Shown here piece by piece: positions 36,209 through 45,031 of a stretch of DNA of 64,000 bases. A model generated the notes under the pieces. The model saw only the letters and a list, made by a program, of their open reading frames with translations. It did no database searches and was not told the DNA's origin. This DNA comes from Acidimicrobiia bacterium. Lineage in GTDB: Bacteria > Actinomycetota > Acidimicrobiia > Acidimicrobiales > Bin134. How positions within the stretch are numbered: the first letter of the stretch is position 1; every line of letters starts with the position of its first letter. Made by a program: the position numbers and the translations under genes. The stretch is from assembly GCA_009842675.1 (NCBI GenBank), contig VYEX01000065.1, forward strand, positions 65,127 to 129,126, in the 5' to 3' direction.

Positions 36209-37435
36209 ATGCCCAACCCGACAGCCACCGCCCTGCACGGGCGAGGGGTGCTCGACATCGACACCGGAGAGGTGATCGAGCCCGGCTTTGTGCGGGTAGA
36301 AGGCAACCGCATCGCCGAAGTCGGTTCCGACAAGCACATTGCCGACGACTGCGACGAGGTGATCGAGCTTCCTGAGCTCACCCTGCTGCCCGGCCTGATG
36401 GACATGGAGGTCAACTTGTTCATGGGCGGTCCCGGGGCGGGCCTGTACGACTCGGTGCAGGCCAATCCGGCCAAGATGACGCTGCGGGCCACCGCCAACG
36501 CCCGGCGCACTCTGCGGGCCGGCTTCACCACCGTGAGGAACCTGGGTCTGTTCGTCAAGACCGGCGGCTACCTGCTGGATGTCGCCCTGGGCGAGGCCAT
36601 TGACGCTGGTTGGGTGGACGGCCCCCGGATCGTGCCCGCGGGCCACGCCATCACCCCCACCGGCGGCCATCTCGACCCCACCATGTTCCAGGCCCTCGGC
36701 CCCGACGTGCTGCCCATATCGGTGGAAGAAGGGGTGGCTGACGGCATCGACGAAATCCGTCGGGCTGTGCGCTACCAGATCAAATACGGCGCCCAAGTGA
36801 TCAAATGCTGCGGCTCCGGAGGGGTGATGTCGCACACCGGGCCAGCCGGGGCCCAGCAATACTCCAACCAGGAGTTTGCCGCCATCGCTGACGAGGCCCA
36901 CCGCCGAGGGCTCAAGGTGGCCACCCACTGCCACGGCGACCAGGCCGTCCGCTCGGCCATCGAGGCCGGTATCGACTGCATTGAGCACGGCTTTTTGATG
37001 AGCGACGACACCATCCAGCTCATGGTGGACACCGGCACGTTCTTGGTGAGCACCACCGCTTTGACAGAGAACTGGGACGTGTCCAACCAACCGCCGGAGC
37101 TCCAGGCCAAGGCGGCCGAGGTTTTCCCCCAAGCCCGCGAGACCATCTCCAAGGCCATCGAGGCCGGGGTCAAGATCGCCACCGGCAGCGACGCCCCCGC
37201 CATCTGGCACGGTCGCAACGCCGAGGAGTTGGCCGTTTTGGTGAAGCGGGGCATGACCCCGCTTCAGGCCATTCGGGCCGCCACCGTGGTCAGCGCCAAC
37301 CTCATCGACGCCCCCGACCTAGGTCGCATCGCTCCGGGGATGCTGGCCGACATTGTCGGGATGCCCGGCGACCCGCTCGCCGAGATCGAACGGGTGCAGT
37401 TCGTGATGAAAGACGGCAAGGTCTACAAGCGCTAA
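36209..37435 (+). CDS. Amidohydrolase family protein (imidazolonepropionase/prolidase-like)
   Basis: 408 aa from ATG 36209. LLPGLMDMEVNL, KCCGSGGV, ATHCHG, IEHG, TGSDA motifs. Confidence 0.85.
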   Translation: MPNPTATALHGRGVLDIDTGEVIEPGFVRVEGNRIAEVGSDKHIADDCDEVIELPELTLLPGLMDMEVNLFMGGPGAGLYDSVQANPAKMTLRATANARRTLRAGFTTVRNLGLFVKTGGYLLDVALGEAIDAGWVDGPRIVPAGHAITPTGGHLDPTMFQALGPDVLPISVEEGVADGIDEIRRAVRYQIKYGAQVIKCCGSGGVMSHTGPAGAQQYSNQEFAAIADEAHRRGLKVATHCHGDQAVRSAIEAGIDCIEHGFLMSDDTIQLMVDTGTFLVSTTALTENWDVSNQPPELQAKAAEVFPQARETISKAIEAGVKIATGSDAPAIWHGRNAEELAVLVKRGMTPLQAIRAATVVSANLIDAPDLGRIAPGMLADIVGMPGDPLAEIERVQFVMKDGKVYKR

Positions 37436-37444
37436 GGAGACGCG

Positions 37445-38755
37445 ATGGCCCACTTTCCCAAACCAGCCGAGGGCAGCTGGACCGAGCACTACCCCGGCCT
37501 GGGAACCGGTCCGGTCTCCTACAAGGACTCTTACGACCCCGACTACTGGCAACAGGAGATCGACGCCATCTTCAAGAAGGAGTGGCTGTGCGTGGGGCGC
37601 GTCGAGCGGCTAGGACGGGCAGGCAGCTACTTCACCCGGGAATTCCCCTGGGCCAAGCGGAGCATTTTGGTGGTCAAAGACCGGGAGGGCACGGTTCGGG
37701 CCTTCTACAACGTGTGCCGCCACCGGGGAAACAAGCTGGTGTGGGACGACTTTCCCAACGAGGAGACCTCCGGGGTGTGCCGCCAGCTCACCTGCAAGTA
37801 CCACGGCTGGCGCTACGACCTCGACGGCTCGCTGGTGTTCATCCAGCAGGAGTCGGAGTTCTTCGACGTGGACAAGGATTCCCTGGGCCTGGTGCCGGTG
37901 GCCTGCGACGTGTGGGAGGGCTTTATTTTCGTCAACCTCGACCCTGAGCCCCAGCAAACGCTCGCCGAGGCTCTGGCGCCGCTGGCCGACGGCCTGGCCG
38001 GTTATCCGTTCGGCGAAATGACCCAGACCTACGAGGTGCGCTCGGAGATCGACAGCAACTGGAAGCTGTTCATCGACGCCTTCGTGGAGTTCTACCACGC
38101 CCCGGTGCTGCACCAACGCCAGGCCACAGCAGAGGAATCCCAGAAGCTGGCCAGCATCGGCTTCGAGGGGCTCCACTACGAGCTCTTCAGCCCCCACTCG
38201 ATGGTGTCGTCGTGGGGCGGCATGTCGCCGCCCAAAGACCCGAGCATGGTCAAGCCCATCGAGAACCTGCTGCGTAGCGGCCTGTTCGGCCCCTGGGACA
38301 AGCCCGCAGCCGTCAACGACAATCAGGATCTCCCTCCGCTGCTCAATCCGTCCAAGCACCGGGCGTGGGGCATCGACTCGTTCGTGCTGTGGCCCAATTT
38401 CATGATCTTGTTCTGGGAGACGGGCTGGTACCTCACCTATACCTATTGGCCGCTCGGCCCCAGCAAGCACCTGTTCGAGACAACCCTTAACTTTGTGCCG
38501 CCTGAGAACGCCAGCCAGCGCGCCTCCCAGGAGTTCGCCTTCTCCACCTTCAAGGAGTACGCCTTCCAAGACGCCAACACCTTGGAGGCCACCCAGACCA
38601 TGATCGAGAGCGAGGTGGTAGACACCTTCATGCTCAACGATCAAGAGATCCTCTGCCGCCACCACCACGCCGCGGTACGTGAGCAGGTGAAGGCCGGCGG
38701 CCGCCCAGCCAGCTACCCATGGATGCCGGGGTCGGAAAACGGCGGAGGGGGATGA
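37445..38755 (+). CDS. Rieske-type ring-hydroxylating oxygenase alpha subunit (no beta subunit adjacent)
   Basis: 436 aa. Rieske motif CRHRGNKLVW...CKYHGWRY. Catalytic domain contains an FVEFYHAP-type His motif. Confidence 0.85.
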   Translation: MAHFPKPAEGSWTEHYPGLGTGPVSYKDSYDPDYWQQEIDAIFKKEWLCVGRVERLGRAGSYFTREFPWAKRSILVVKDREGTVRAFYNVCRHRGNKLVWDDFPNEETSGVCRQLTCKYHGWRYDLDGSLVFIQQESEFFDVDKDSLGLVPVACDVWEGFIFVNLDPEPQQTLAEALAPLADGLAGYPFGEMTQTYEVRSEIDSNWKLFIDAFVEFYHAPVLHQRQATAEESQKLASIGFEGLHYELFSPHSMVSSWGGMSPPKDPSMVKPIENLLRSGLFGPWDKPAAVNDNQDLPPLLNPSKHRAWGIDSFVLWPNFMILFWETGWYLTYTYWPLGPSKHLFETTLNFVPPENASQRASQEFAFSTFKEYAFQDANTLEATQTMIESEVVDTFMLNDQEILCRHHHAAVREQVKAGGRPASYPWMPGSENGGGG

Positions 38756-39099
38756 CCATGAGCGACACCACCGCAGCGCCGCTGCCCGCCGACTTCGCCG
38801 ACCTGGACCCGTTCGCCGATTGGGCCCTCGACACCTGGCGGGAGCGCTACGAGAAGCGCTTGGACTCGACCATGGATGAAATGCAGGCGTTCTACGACGC
38901 CATGATGCCCCGGCTGTCCGAGGCTCTCGAGTATTGCGACTCGTTCGACCTCCACGACCTGCCCGACGAAGCTCGCAATCTGCTCTTGTTGACGTTCTCC
39001 CTGTGCGAGGCCTCGTTTCCGGTGGAGGCATGGCGGCAACCCCGTGTCCCCGACAGCGGCTCGGCCGACCTGGAGATGGTGAGAGAGCCACCTCTATAA
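38752..39099 (+). CDS. Hypothetical acidic 115-aa protein translationally coupled to the Rieske oxygenase
   Basis: ATG 38752 overlaps the oxygenase stop (ATGA), with a GGAGGGGG RBS. No family recognised. Confidence 0.5.
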   Translation: MTMSDTTAAPLPADFADLDPFADWALDTWRERYEKRLDSTMDEMQAFYDAMMPRLSEALEYCDSFDLHDLPDEARNLLLLTFSLCEASFPVEAWRQPRVPDSGSADLEMVREPPL

Positions 39100-39128
39100 C
39101 CTGAGGAACCTGAGGCACGACGACAACA

Positions 39129-40271
39129 ATGGATCTTGAGACCTTCCGGCGCGACCTGACTGACTGGCTTGACGCCAATGCCGATGATCTGACCCCGCCC
39201 TATGAGGGGTTCGGCTCCATGGACGAGCAGATGGCCCACTATGCCCACGTCAAGCGAGCCCTATTCGACGCCGGGTTCGGCCGGTACGGATGGCCAGAAT
39301 CAGTGGGAGGGCTGGGGGGCTCGCCGCTGCTGCGGGCCATCGTCGGCGAGGAGGCCAACCTGCGCGGTCTGACCGATCCCAATCCCTGGACGATGATCGA
39401 GGTGCTGGCCCCTACCGTCATCGAATTCGCCCAACCTGAGATCTCCGCCCGCTTTGTGCCGCCGTTCATGCGGGGCGACGAGATGTGGTGCCAGGGCTTC
39501 TCCGAACCCGACGCGGGCAGTGATTTGGCCTCCCTGTCGTGCCGGGCCACCAAAACTGACGGCGGTTGGCTGGTGAGCGGGCAGAAGATCTGGACCAGCT
39601 TCATCCAATACTCCTCGCGCTGCGTGCTGCTCACCCGAACCGGCGAGCCGGGCAGCGCCCATCGGGGCATCACCGCCCTGTTGGTGGATGTGGACTCTCC
39701 GGGCGTCTCCTATAGCCCGATAGAGACCATGCACGGGCGCTTGGACTTCGCCGAGGTCCACTACGACGAGGTATTCGTGCCCGAAGATCGGCTCATCGGC
39801 GAAGAGAATGGGGGCTGGCAGATGGCCATGGACATCCTCCCTTACGAGCGGTCCACCACGTTCTGGCAGCGGGGGGCCCTGTTGCACCGGCGGTTGTCCG
39901 ACCTGGTAGCCCAGGTGTCGGCATCGGGCAACCACAGCGACACGGCAGCCAAGACTCTCGGTCAGGCGTACCAATCGCTGATGGCCTTCCGCAGCCGATC
40001 CCGCGACACCCAGCACCGGCTCGATTCCGGACAACAGCTAGGGGTGGAGACGTCGATCGACAAGATCCTGATCACAACGGCCGAGCAGCAGCTGTTCGAG
40101 GCCGTTCGAAACCTGCTACCGGGTGTGATCGAGTTTCATGAGGGCCTCACTGCGGCTCGGTGGCGCACCGATTATCTGTACTCCAAGGCGGCCTCCATAT
40201 ACGGGGGCACTTCCGAGGTTCAGCGCAATATCGTCGCTCGGCGATTGCTCGATCTGGGGCCAGAGTCATGA
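39129..40271 (+). CDS. Acyl-CoA dehydrogenase
   Basis: 380 aa. ACAD pattern (WCQGFSEPDAGSD, GQKIWTS, C-terminal YGGTSEVQRNIVARRLL). Confidence 0.88.
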   Translation: MDLETFRRDLTDWLDANADDLTPPYEGFGSMDEQMAHYAHVKRALFDAGFGRYGWPESVGGLGGSPLLRAIVGEEANLRGLTDPNPWTMIEVLAPTVIEFAQPEISARFVPPFMRGDEMWCQGFSEPDAGSDLASLSCRATKTDGGWLVSGQKIWTSFIQYSSRCVLLTRTGEPGSAHRGITALLVDVDSPGVSYSPIETMHGRLDFAEVHYDEVFVPEDRLIGEENGGWQMAMDILPYERSTTFWQRGALLHRRLSDLVAQVSASGNHSDTAAKTLGQAYQSLMAFRSRSRDTQHRLDSGQQLGVETSIDKILITTAEQQLFEAVRNLLPGVIEFHEGLTAARWRTDYLYSKAASIYGGTSEVQRNIVARRLLDLGPES

Positions 40272-41269
40272 CCGAGCACATCGACGCTGACGATCTTGCC
40301 CTGATGGCGGCCAGTTTTGAGGCCGTCATGGCCGAGGCTCCGGGTCCAGGCGAGGCCGACCAGGCGCTTTACGACCTCGGTTGGGGTGAACTTCTCGCCG
40401 CCGCCCCCGGACCGGCCGCGGCGATGGCGTTCAGTGCGCTGGGCACTACCGGCTCGGCCGCCACCTTGCTCGAGGACGTGGTGGCCCACGCTCTCGGCCT
40501 GCCATTCTCCCCTGACGTCTGCGTGTTGATTCCCGACACCTTTCACGCCATTCCTGCGGCCCCGCAACCAGGCGAACCCAGGATTTTCAATCAGGAAGAA
40601 CCCCTGGAAGTCGATGGGCTGGTGTCGTCGCGGATAGACCGGGCAGCCACAGTGGTAACGGTCATGGATGGTAAATACGGCCCAGAGTTGACAAGCTTCG
40701 AGGCCGGCTTTCTTCGAGGAAGGGGGGCGACAGGAGTCGACCCCGCTCACGCCTATCGCCACCTGTCGGTCCGAGTCGCGGCCCACTTCCTCACACCGCT
40801 GGAGACCGAAGCCACCTGGGAGTCAGCGGTGGCTGCTGCCCGGGTGGCCCTGGCCCACCAGCTCATCGGCGGGGCCCGCTGGATGCTGGCCGAGGCCCGC
40901 CAGCACGCCCTCGACCGAGTCCAGTTCGGCCATCCGGTGGCGTCGTTCCAGTCCATCCGCCACAAGCTGGCCGAGTCGCTGGTACAGATCGAGGGGGCGG
41001 CATCGGTGGCCGAAGCGTGCCTCCACGACCCCGACCCCCTGTTGGCCGGACTGGCCAAGTCGCTGGCCGGCCAAGCTGCCCTCACCACCGCCACCCACGC
41101 CCAGCAAGTGCTGGCTGGAATGGGCTTCACCGCCGAACACCGCTTTCACTTGTGGCTCAAGCGGACGTTGGTGGTGGACACTCTGTTCGGCTCAGCCAAC
41201 TCGCTCCCGGCCGAGATCGGCCGAGACCTGCTAACCAGGGGAACCGCACCCCGCCTCATCCAGCTCTGA
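40268..41269 (+). CDS. Acyl-CoA dehydrogenase-like protein, shorter (probable partner subunit of the preceding ACAD)
   Basis: 333 aa from ATG 40268, overlapping the previous stop (ATGA). The C-terminal ACAD helical domain is recognisable (QFGHPVASFQSIRHKLAE...). The N-terminal part is divergent. Confidence 0.72.
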   Translation: MTEHIDADDLALMAASFEAVMAEAPGPGEADQALYDLGWGELLAAAPGPAAAMAFSALGTTGSAATLLEDVVAHALGLPFSPDVCVLIPDTFHAIPAAPQPGEPRIFNQEEPLEVDGLVSSRIDRAATVVTVMDGKYGPELTSFEAGFLRGRGATGVDPAHAYRHLSVRVAAHFLTPLETEATWESAVAAARVALAHQLIGGARWMLAEARQHALDRVQFGHPVASFQSIRHKLAESLVQIEGAASVAEACLHDPDPLLAGLAKSLAGQAALTTATHAQQVLAGMGFTAEHRFHLWLKRTLVVDTLFGSANSLPAEIGRDLLTRGTAPRLIQL

Positions 41270-41285
41270 CTACCAAGGAGGAATC

Positions 41286-42305
41286 ATGGGTCGAGACGAT
41301 TACGCCAGATACGCCACTAGCTGGTCTCCGCCCGGCTACACCGTGAACGACAACGGCAAGGTGGTGGGCGGCTACGCGCCCGAGGGGCCCAACAACTGGG
41401 GGCGCTGGGGCGATGACGACCAGCGCGGCACCCAGAACCTCATCGGCCCCGACCAGCGGATTCGGGCCGCCTCGCTGGTGCAGTCGGGCAAGGTATTCTC
41501 GCTGGCTCTACCCATCGACGCCGACGGTCCTCGATTCCACACCCGACCGGCGCCGCTGCACTGGTTCATGATGGCCGGCTCCGACCAAGTGGTGGGCTCC
41601 CCTTATAGCGCGGCCGATCCCGACTTCCAGTGGAACGACGACATGTTTCAGATGCCCCTTCAGGGCTCCACCCAGTGGGACGCCTTCTCCCACGTGATTT
41701 ACCGGGACACGATGTACAACGGCTACTGGGCGGGCAACGTCACGGCCTTCGGAGGCGCATCGGTACTGGGTATCGAGAATCACCGGGAGAGTTTCGTTGG
41801 ACGAGCGGTGCTGTTGGACTTGCCCGGTTCCGAGGGCTGCGATCCACTGACACCGGCCACCGTCATCGACTCAGCCATGCTGGAACGCTGCGTCGAGCAC
41901 CAGGGAAGCACGGTTGAGGCCGGCGACATCGCCTTGATCCGTACCGGCTACCTGGCGCTGTGGGATCCGAGCTTCGCCCCCAACCAGCAAGAGGAGTACT
42001 TCGGCGGCTCGCCGGGCTTCGGAGTAGACGCTCTCAACTGGTGCGATCGCAACGACATCTCCGCGGTGGCCGCCGACACCATCGGCGTCGAGGTGTTGGT
42101 GCCTGAGGACCCCAAGGCCCGCAAGTACCCCGTTCACTGCGGGGCGCTAGTTGATCGGGGACTCCCCCTGGGTGAATTCTGGGTGCTGGACGAGCTGGCC
42201 GACGACTGCGCCGACGACGGCCGCTACGAGTTCATGCTGGTGGCCCCGCCGCTCAACATCCCCGGGGCAGTGGGCTCTCCCCTCAACCCCATCGCCATCA
42301 AGTAG
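41286..42305 (+). CDS. Cyclase family protein (kynurenine formamidase-like fold)
   Basis: 339 aa. NWGRWGDDDQRGTQNLI N-terminal signature and later His/Asp motifs. Paralog at 54674-55612. Confidence 0.8.
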   Translation: MGRDDYARYATSWSPPGYTVNDNGKVVGGYAPEGPNNWGRWGDDDQRGTQNLIGPDQRIRAASLVQSGKVFSLALPIDADGPRFHTRPAPLHWFMMAGSDQVVGSPYSAADPDFQWNDDMFQMPLQGSTQWDAFSHVIYRDTMYNGYWAGNVTAFGGASVLGIENHRESFVGRAVLLDLPGSEGCDPLTPATVIDSAMLERCVEHQGSTVEAGDIALIRTGYLALWDPSFAPNQQEEYFGGSPGFGVDALNWCDRNDISAVAADTIGVEVLVPEDPKARKYPVHCGALVDRGLPLGEFWVLDELADDCADDGRYEFMLVAPPLNIPGAVGSPLNPIAIK

Positions 42306-42344
42306 GCGCCCGGTAAACGTGAGAGCCGTTCCAAGGGTGAAGCC

Positions 42345-43979
42345 ATGACCAAGTCACAATGGTCGTTACGGGCTGTGCCCGCCCATCTGGAACAGCGCTA
42401 CGTGAGCGAGGGATGGTGGACCGATGCCACCTTGGGCGGGCGGGTAGCCGAGTGGCTGGCCGCCGCGCCCGACACCGGGGTCCACATCCATTCCCGAACC
42501 CATGACTGGCATGGCACCTATGCCGACATCGACGAAGAGGCTCGCCGGCTGGTGTCGTGCCTGCGCCGGGAGGGCATCGAACCAGGCGCGGCGGTGGCGT
42601 TCCAGATTCCCAACTGGAGAGAGTCGGTGGTGGCGTTCACCGGATTGGCCATGGGCGGCTACATCTTGGTGCCCATCACCCACATCTACGGCCGCAAAGA
42701 GGTGTCGTTCATTCTCAGCGAGTGCGGTGCCTCGGCCTACATCTCCCCTGCTGCCTATGGCCATGTGGACTACGCCGAGATCATCGACAACTCGCCCCTG
42801 GCTGGCCTTCGACTCCACGTCGTGGTCGGCGATGGGGGCGATCGACCCGCCCCCGAAGGAGTACGCCGGGTGGGATGGGATCAGGTGGCGGGAGGCGAAT
42901 CGGCGTTGGAGCTGCCCGAACCGGCGGCAGACGACATAGCCGTGCTCGCCTATACCTCTGGCACCACCAGCGATCCCAAGGGGGCCATCCACAACCACCG
43001 CACCCTGCTCAGCGAGCTGGGACACATGACCGCATGGACGAACATGACACGGCCCAACTTGATGGGGTCGCCGGTGGCCCACGCCACCGGGATGCTCGGC
43101 GGAGTGCTCGGCCCGCTGCACAACGGCGGCGAGATCCATCTGACCGATCGGTGGGATCCGGGCCACGCCCTCGAGGTCATGCTGGCTTACGACGTCGGGG
43201 GCGGTGTAGGCGCCTCGATATTTCTCACCAGTTTGCTCGACCACCCCGACTTTTCTACCGAGCACATCGCCAAGATGGCCAGAGTGGGGCTGGGCGGCGC
43301 GCCGGTGCCCCCGGCGGTGGGCCAACGGGCCGAGTCGTTGGGCATCAAGATCATCCGTGCGTACGGATCTACCGAGCACCCGTCGGTTACCGGCGCGGAA
43401 TTCGAGGATCCCGCCGAGCTTCGCCACAACACCGACGGAAGACCCCGATCCGGCGTGGAGATGCGGATCGTCGACGAAGACGGCCGCGACCTGCCCGCCG
43501 GCACGCCCGGCGAGATCGTGACCCGCGGCCCCGAGCTCTGCTTGGGCTATACCAACCCCGAGCTCAACGTCGCCTTCGATGACGACGGGTGGTACCGCAC
43601 CGGCGACATCGGGGTTCTAGACGAGCATGGCTGCCTCACCATCACCGACCGGGTGAAGGACATCATCATACGAGGCGGCGAAAACCTGTCGGCCGCTGAA
43701 ATCGAAGAAGTGATCGCCGCGGTGCCCGGCGTGGCCGAAGTGGCGGTGGTGGCCGCCCCCGACCAGCGGCTGGGCGAGCACGCCTGCGCAGTGGTCCGCC
43801 TGCTTCCGGGCACGGATCCCATCGACTTGCCCGATCTGTTCTCCCACCTAGAGGAGGCTGGCCTGGCCCGCCAGAAGTGGCCGGAGGACCTGCGCCTAGT
43901 ATCCGACTTCCCCCGCACCGCCTCGGGCAAGATCCGCAAGGTGGACTTACGGGCGCAGCTACGGGAAGGAACCCTCTAG
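42345..43979 (+). CDS. AMP-dependent synthetase/ligase (acyl-CoA synthetase)
   Basis: 544 aa. AMP-binding motif YTSGTTSDPKG, YGSTE, TGD, and terminal SGKIRK. Confidence 0.88.
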   Translation: MTKSQWSLRAVPAHLEQRYVSEGWWTDATLGGRVAEWLAAAPDTGVHIHSRTHDWHGTYADIDEEARRLVSCLRREGIEPGAAVAFQIPNWRESVVAFTGLAMGGYILVPITHIYGRKEVSFILSECGASAYISPAAYGHVDYAEIIDNSPLAGLRLHVVVGDGGDRPAPEGVRRVGWDQVAGGESALELPEPAADDIAVLAYTSGTTSDPKGAIHNHRTLLSELGHMTAWTNMTRPNLMGSPVAHATGMLGGVLGPLHNGGEIHLTDRWDPGHALEVMLAYDVGGGVGASIFLTSLLDHPDFSTEHIAKMARVGLGGAPVPPAVGQRAESLGIKIIRAYGSTEHPSVTGAEFEDPAELRHNTDGRPRSGVEMRIVDEDGRDLPAGTPGEIVTRGPELCLGYTNPELNVAFDDDGWYRTGDIGVLDEHGCLTITDRVKDIIIRGGENLSAAEIEEVIAAVPGVAEVAVVAAPDQRLGEHACAVVRLLPGTDPIDLPDLFSHLEEAGLARQKWPEDLRLVSDFPRTASGKIRKVDLRAQLREGTL

Positions 43980-44000
43980 CCTCTCGCCATCACCGGGGAC

Positions 44001-44975
44001 TCACTCCCCCGGAAAGCGCAATCCGATCTGCTCGCGGATCCGATCGAGGGTGCCCATGATCGACAGCGTCTCAGCGTGGGAGATCACCGGGCTCTCCAAC
44101 TCCCCGGCTGCCAGGCAGCGGTGGAACTCCTCGACCTGAAATCGGAGCCCATCCCCCTCCCAAGAACCGTCGATCTCCTCCCGCTCGAACCCCCGCACCA
44201 CCGTCAGCGAACCGGGACAGTGCATAAACGCCGGAATCTCAATGGTTCCCTCGGTGCCAGCGATGCGGGCCGTGCATCCCAGGTTGGTGGCGATGGCCGC
44301 TTTCACCACCGCCAACTCGCCACCGGCATGGCCGAGAACGGCGGCCACCTGCTCGTCAACGCCGGTCTCGCCGATCCTCCCTTGGGCGACCACGCTCGTT
44401 GGAGTGCCCAATACCAGCGAGGCGAACTGCACCGGGTACACCCCCAAATCGAGGATCCCCCCGCCGCCTCGCTCAGGGTCGTACAGCCGGTGGTCGGGAT
44501 CAAACGGCTGGTGGAACCCGAAGTCGGCCTCCACCAGCTGGGGCTGGCCGATGGCCTGCTCGCCAAGCAGGTCGGCCAACACCCGATAGGCGGGGAGGAA
44601 GCGGCTCCACATGGCCTCCATCAACAGCAGCCCCTGCTCCCGGGCGGCATCAATCATCCGCTGGCTCTGGGCCTGGTTGAGAGCGAATGGCTTCTCGCAC
44701 AACACGGGCTTGCCCGCCTCCAAGAACATGAGCGTGTCCTGCTCGTGGCGGGACTGGGGCGTGGCCACATAAACGGCGTCCACTCCCGGATCGGCGGCCA
44801 GCTCTTCGTAGCTGCCGTAGGAAGCCGAGGCCCCATACTTGGCGGCGAAGTCCTTGGCCCGGTCGGCCGAACGCGACCCAATGGCGTAGATCTCAGCGTC
44901 ATCCAGCAGCTGGAGTCCGTTGGCAAACCCAACGGCAATACCCCCCGGCCCAGCAATTCCCCATCGAACAGTCAC
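44001..44975 (-). CDS. Gfo/Idh/MocA family oxidoreductase
   Basis: 324 aa. VRWGIAGPGGIA Rossmann start and EKP motif (VLCEKPFAL). Confidence 0.88.
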   Translation of the reverse strand: MTVRWGIAGPGGIAVGFANGLQLLDDAEIYAIGSRSADRAKDFAAKYGASASYGSYEELAADPGVDAVYVATPQSRHEQDTLMFLEAGKPVLCEKPFALNQAQSQRMIDAAREQGLLLMEAMWSRFLPAYRVLADLLGEQAIGQPQLVEADFGFHQPFDPDHRLYDPERGGGGILDLGVYPVQFASLVLGTPTSVVAQGRIGETGVDEQVAAVLGHAGGELAVVKAAIATNLGCTARIAGTEGTIEIPAFMHCPGSLTVVRGFEREEIDGSWEGDGLRFQVEEFHRCLAAGELESPVISHAETLSIMGTLDRIREQIGLRFPGE

Positions 44976-45031
44976 GGCGGCACGCTACCGCACGCTGTTG
45001 GCCGTGGCCCTCCCCTACCCTGGGCCGTTGA

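Noticed and set aside
34796-37210. Over-long track ORFs suggesting fusion proteins. Examples: the 804-aa ORF here, 32106-33824 (572 aa), 18315-20462, 20965-22464, 57481-58587, 40160-41269, 15331-15894.
   Set aside because: The N-terminal extensions are low-complexity read-through on the opposite strand of, or overlapping, neighbouring genes. Internal ATG/GTG starts with RBS-like sequences or ATGA/GTGA coupling give proteins of normal family length.
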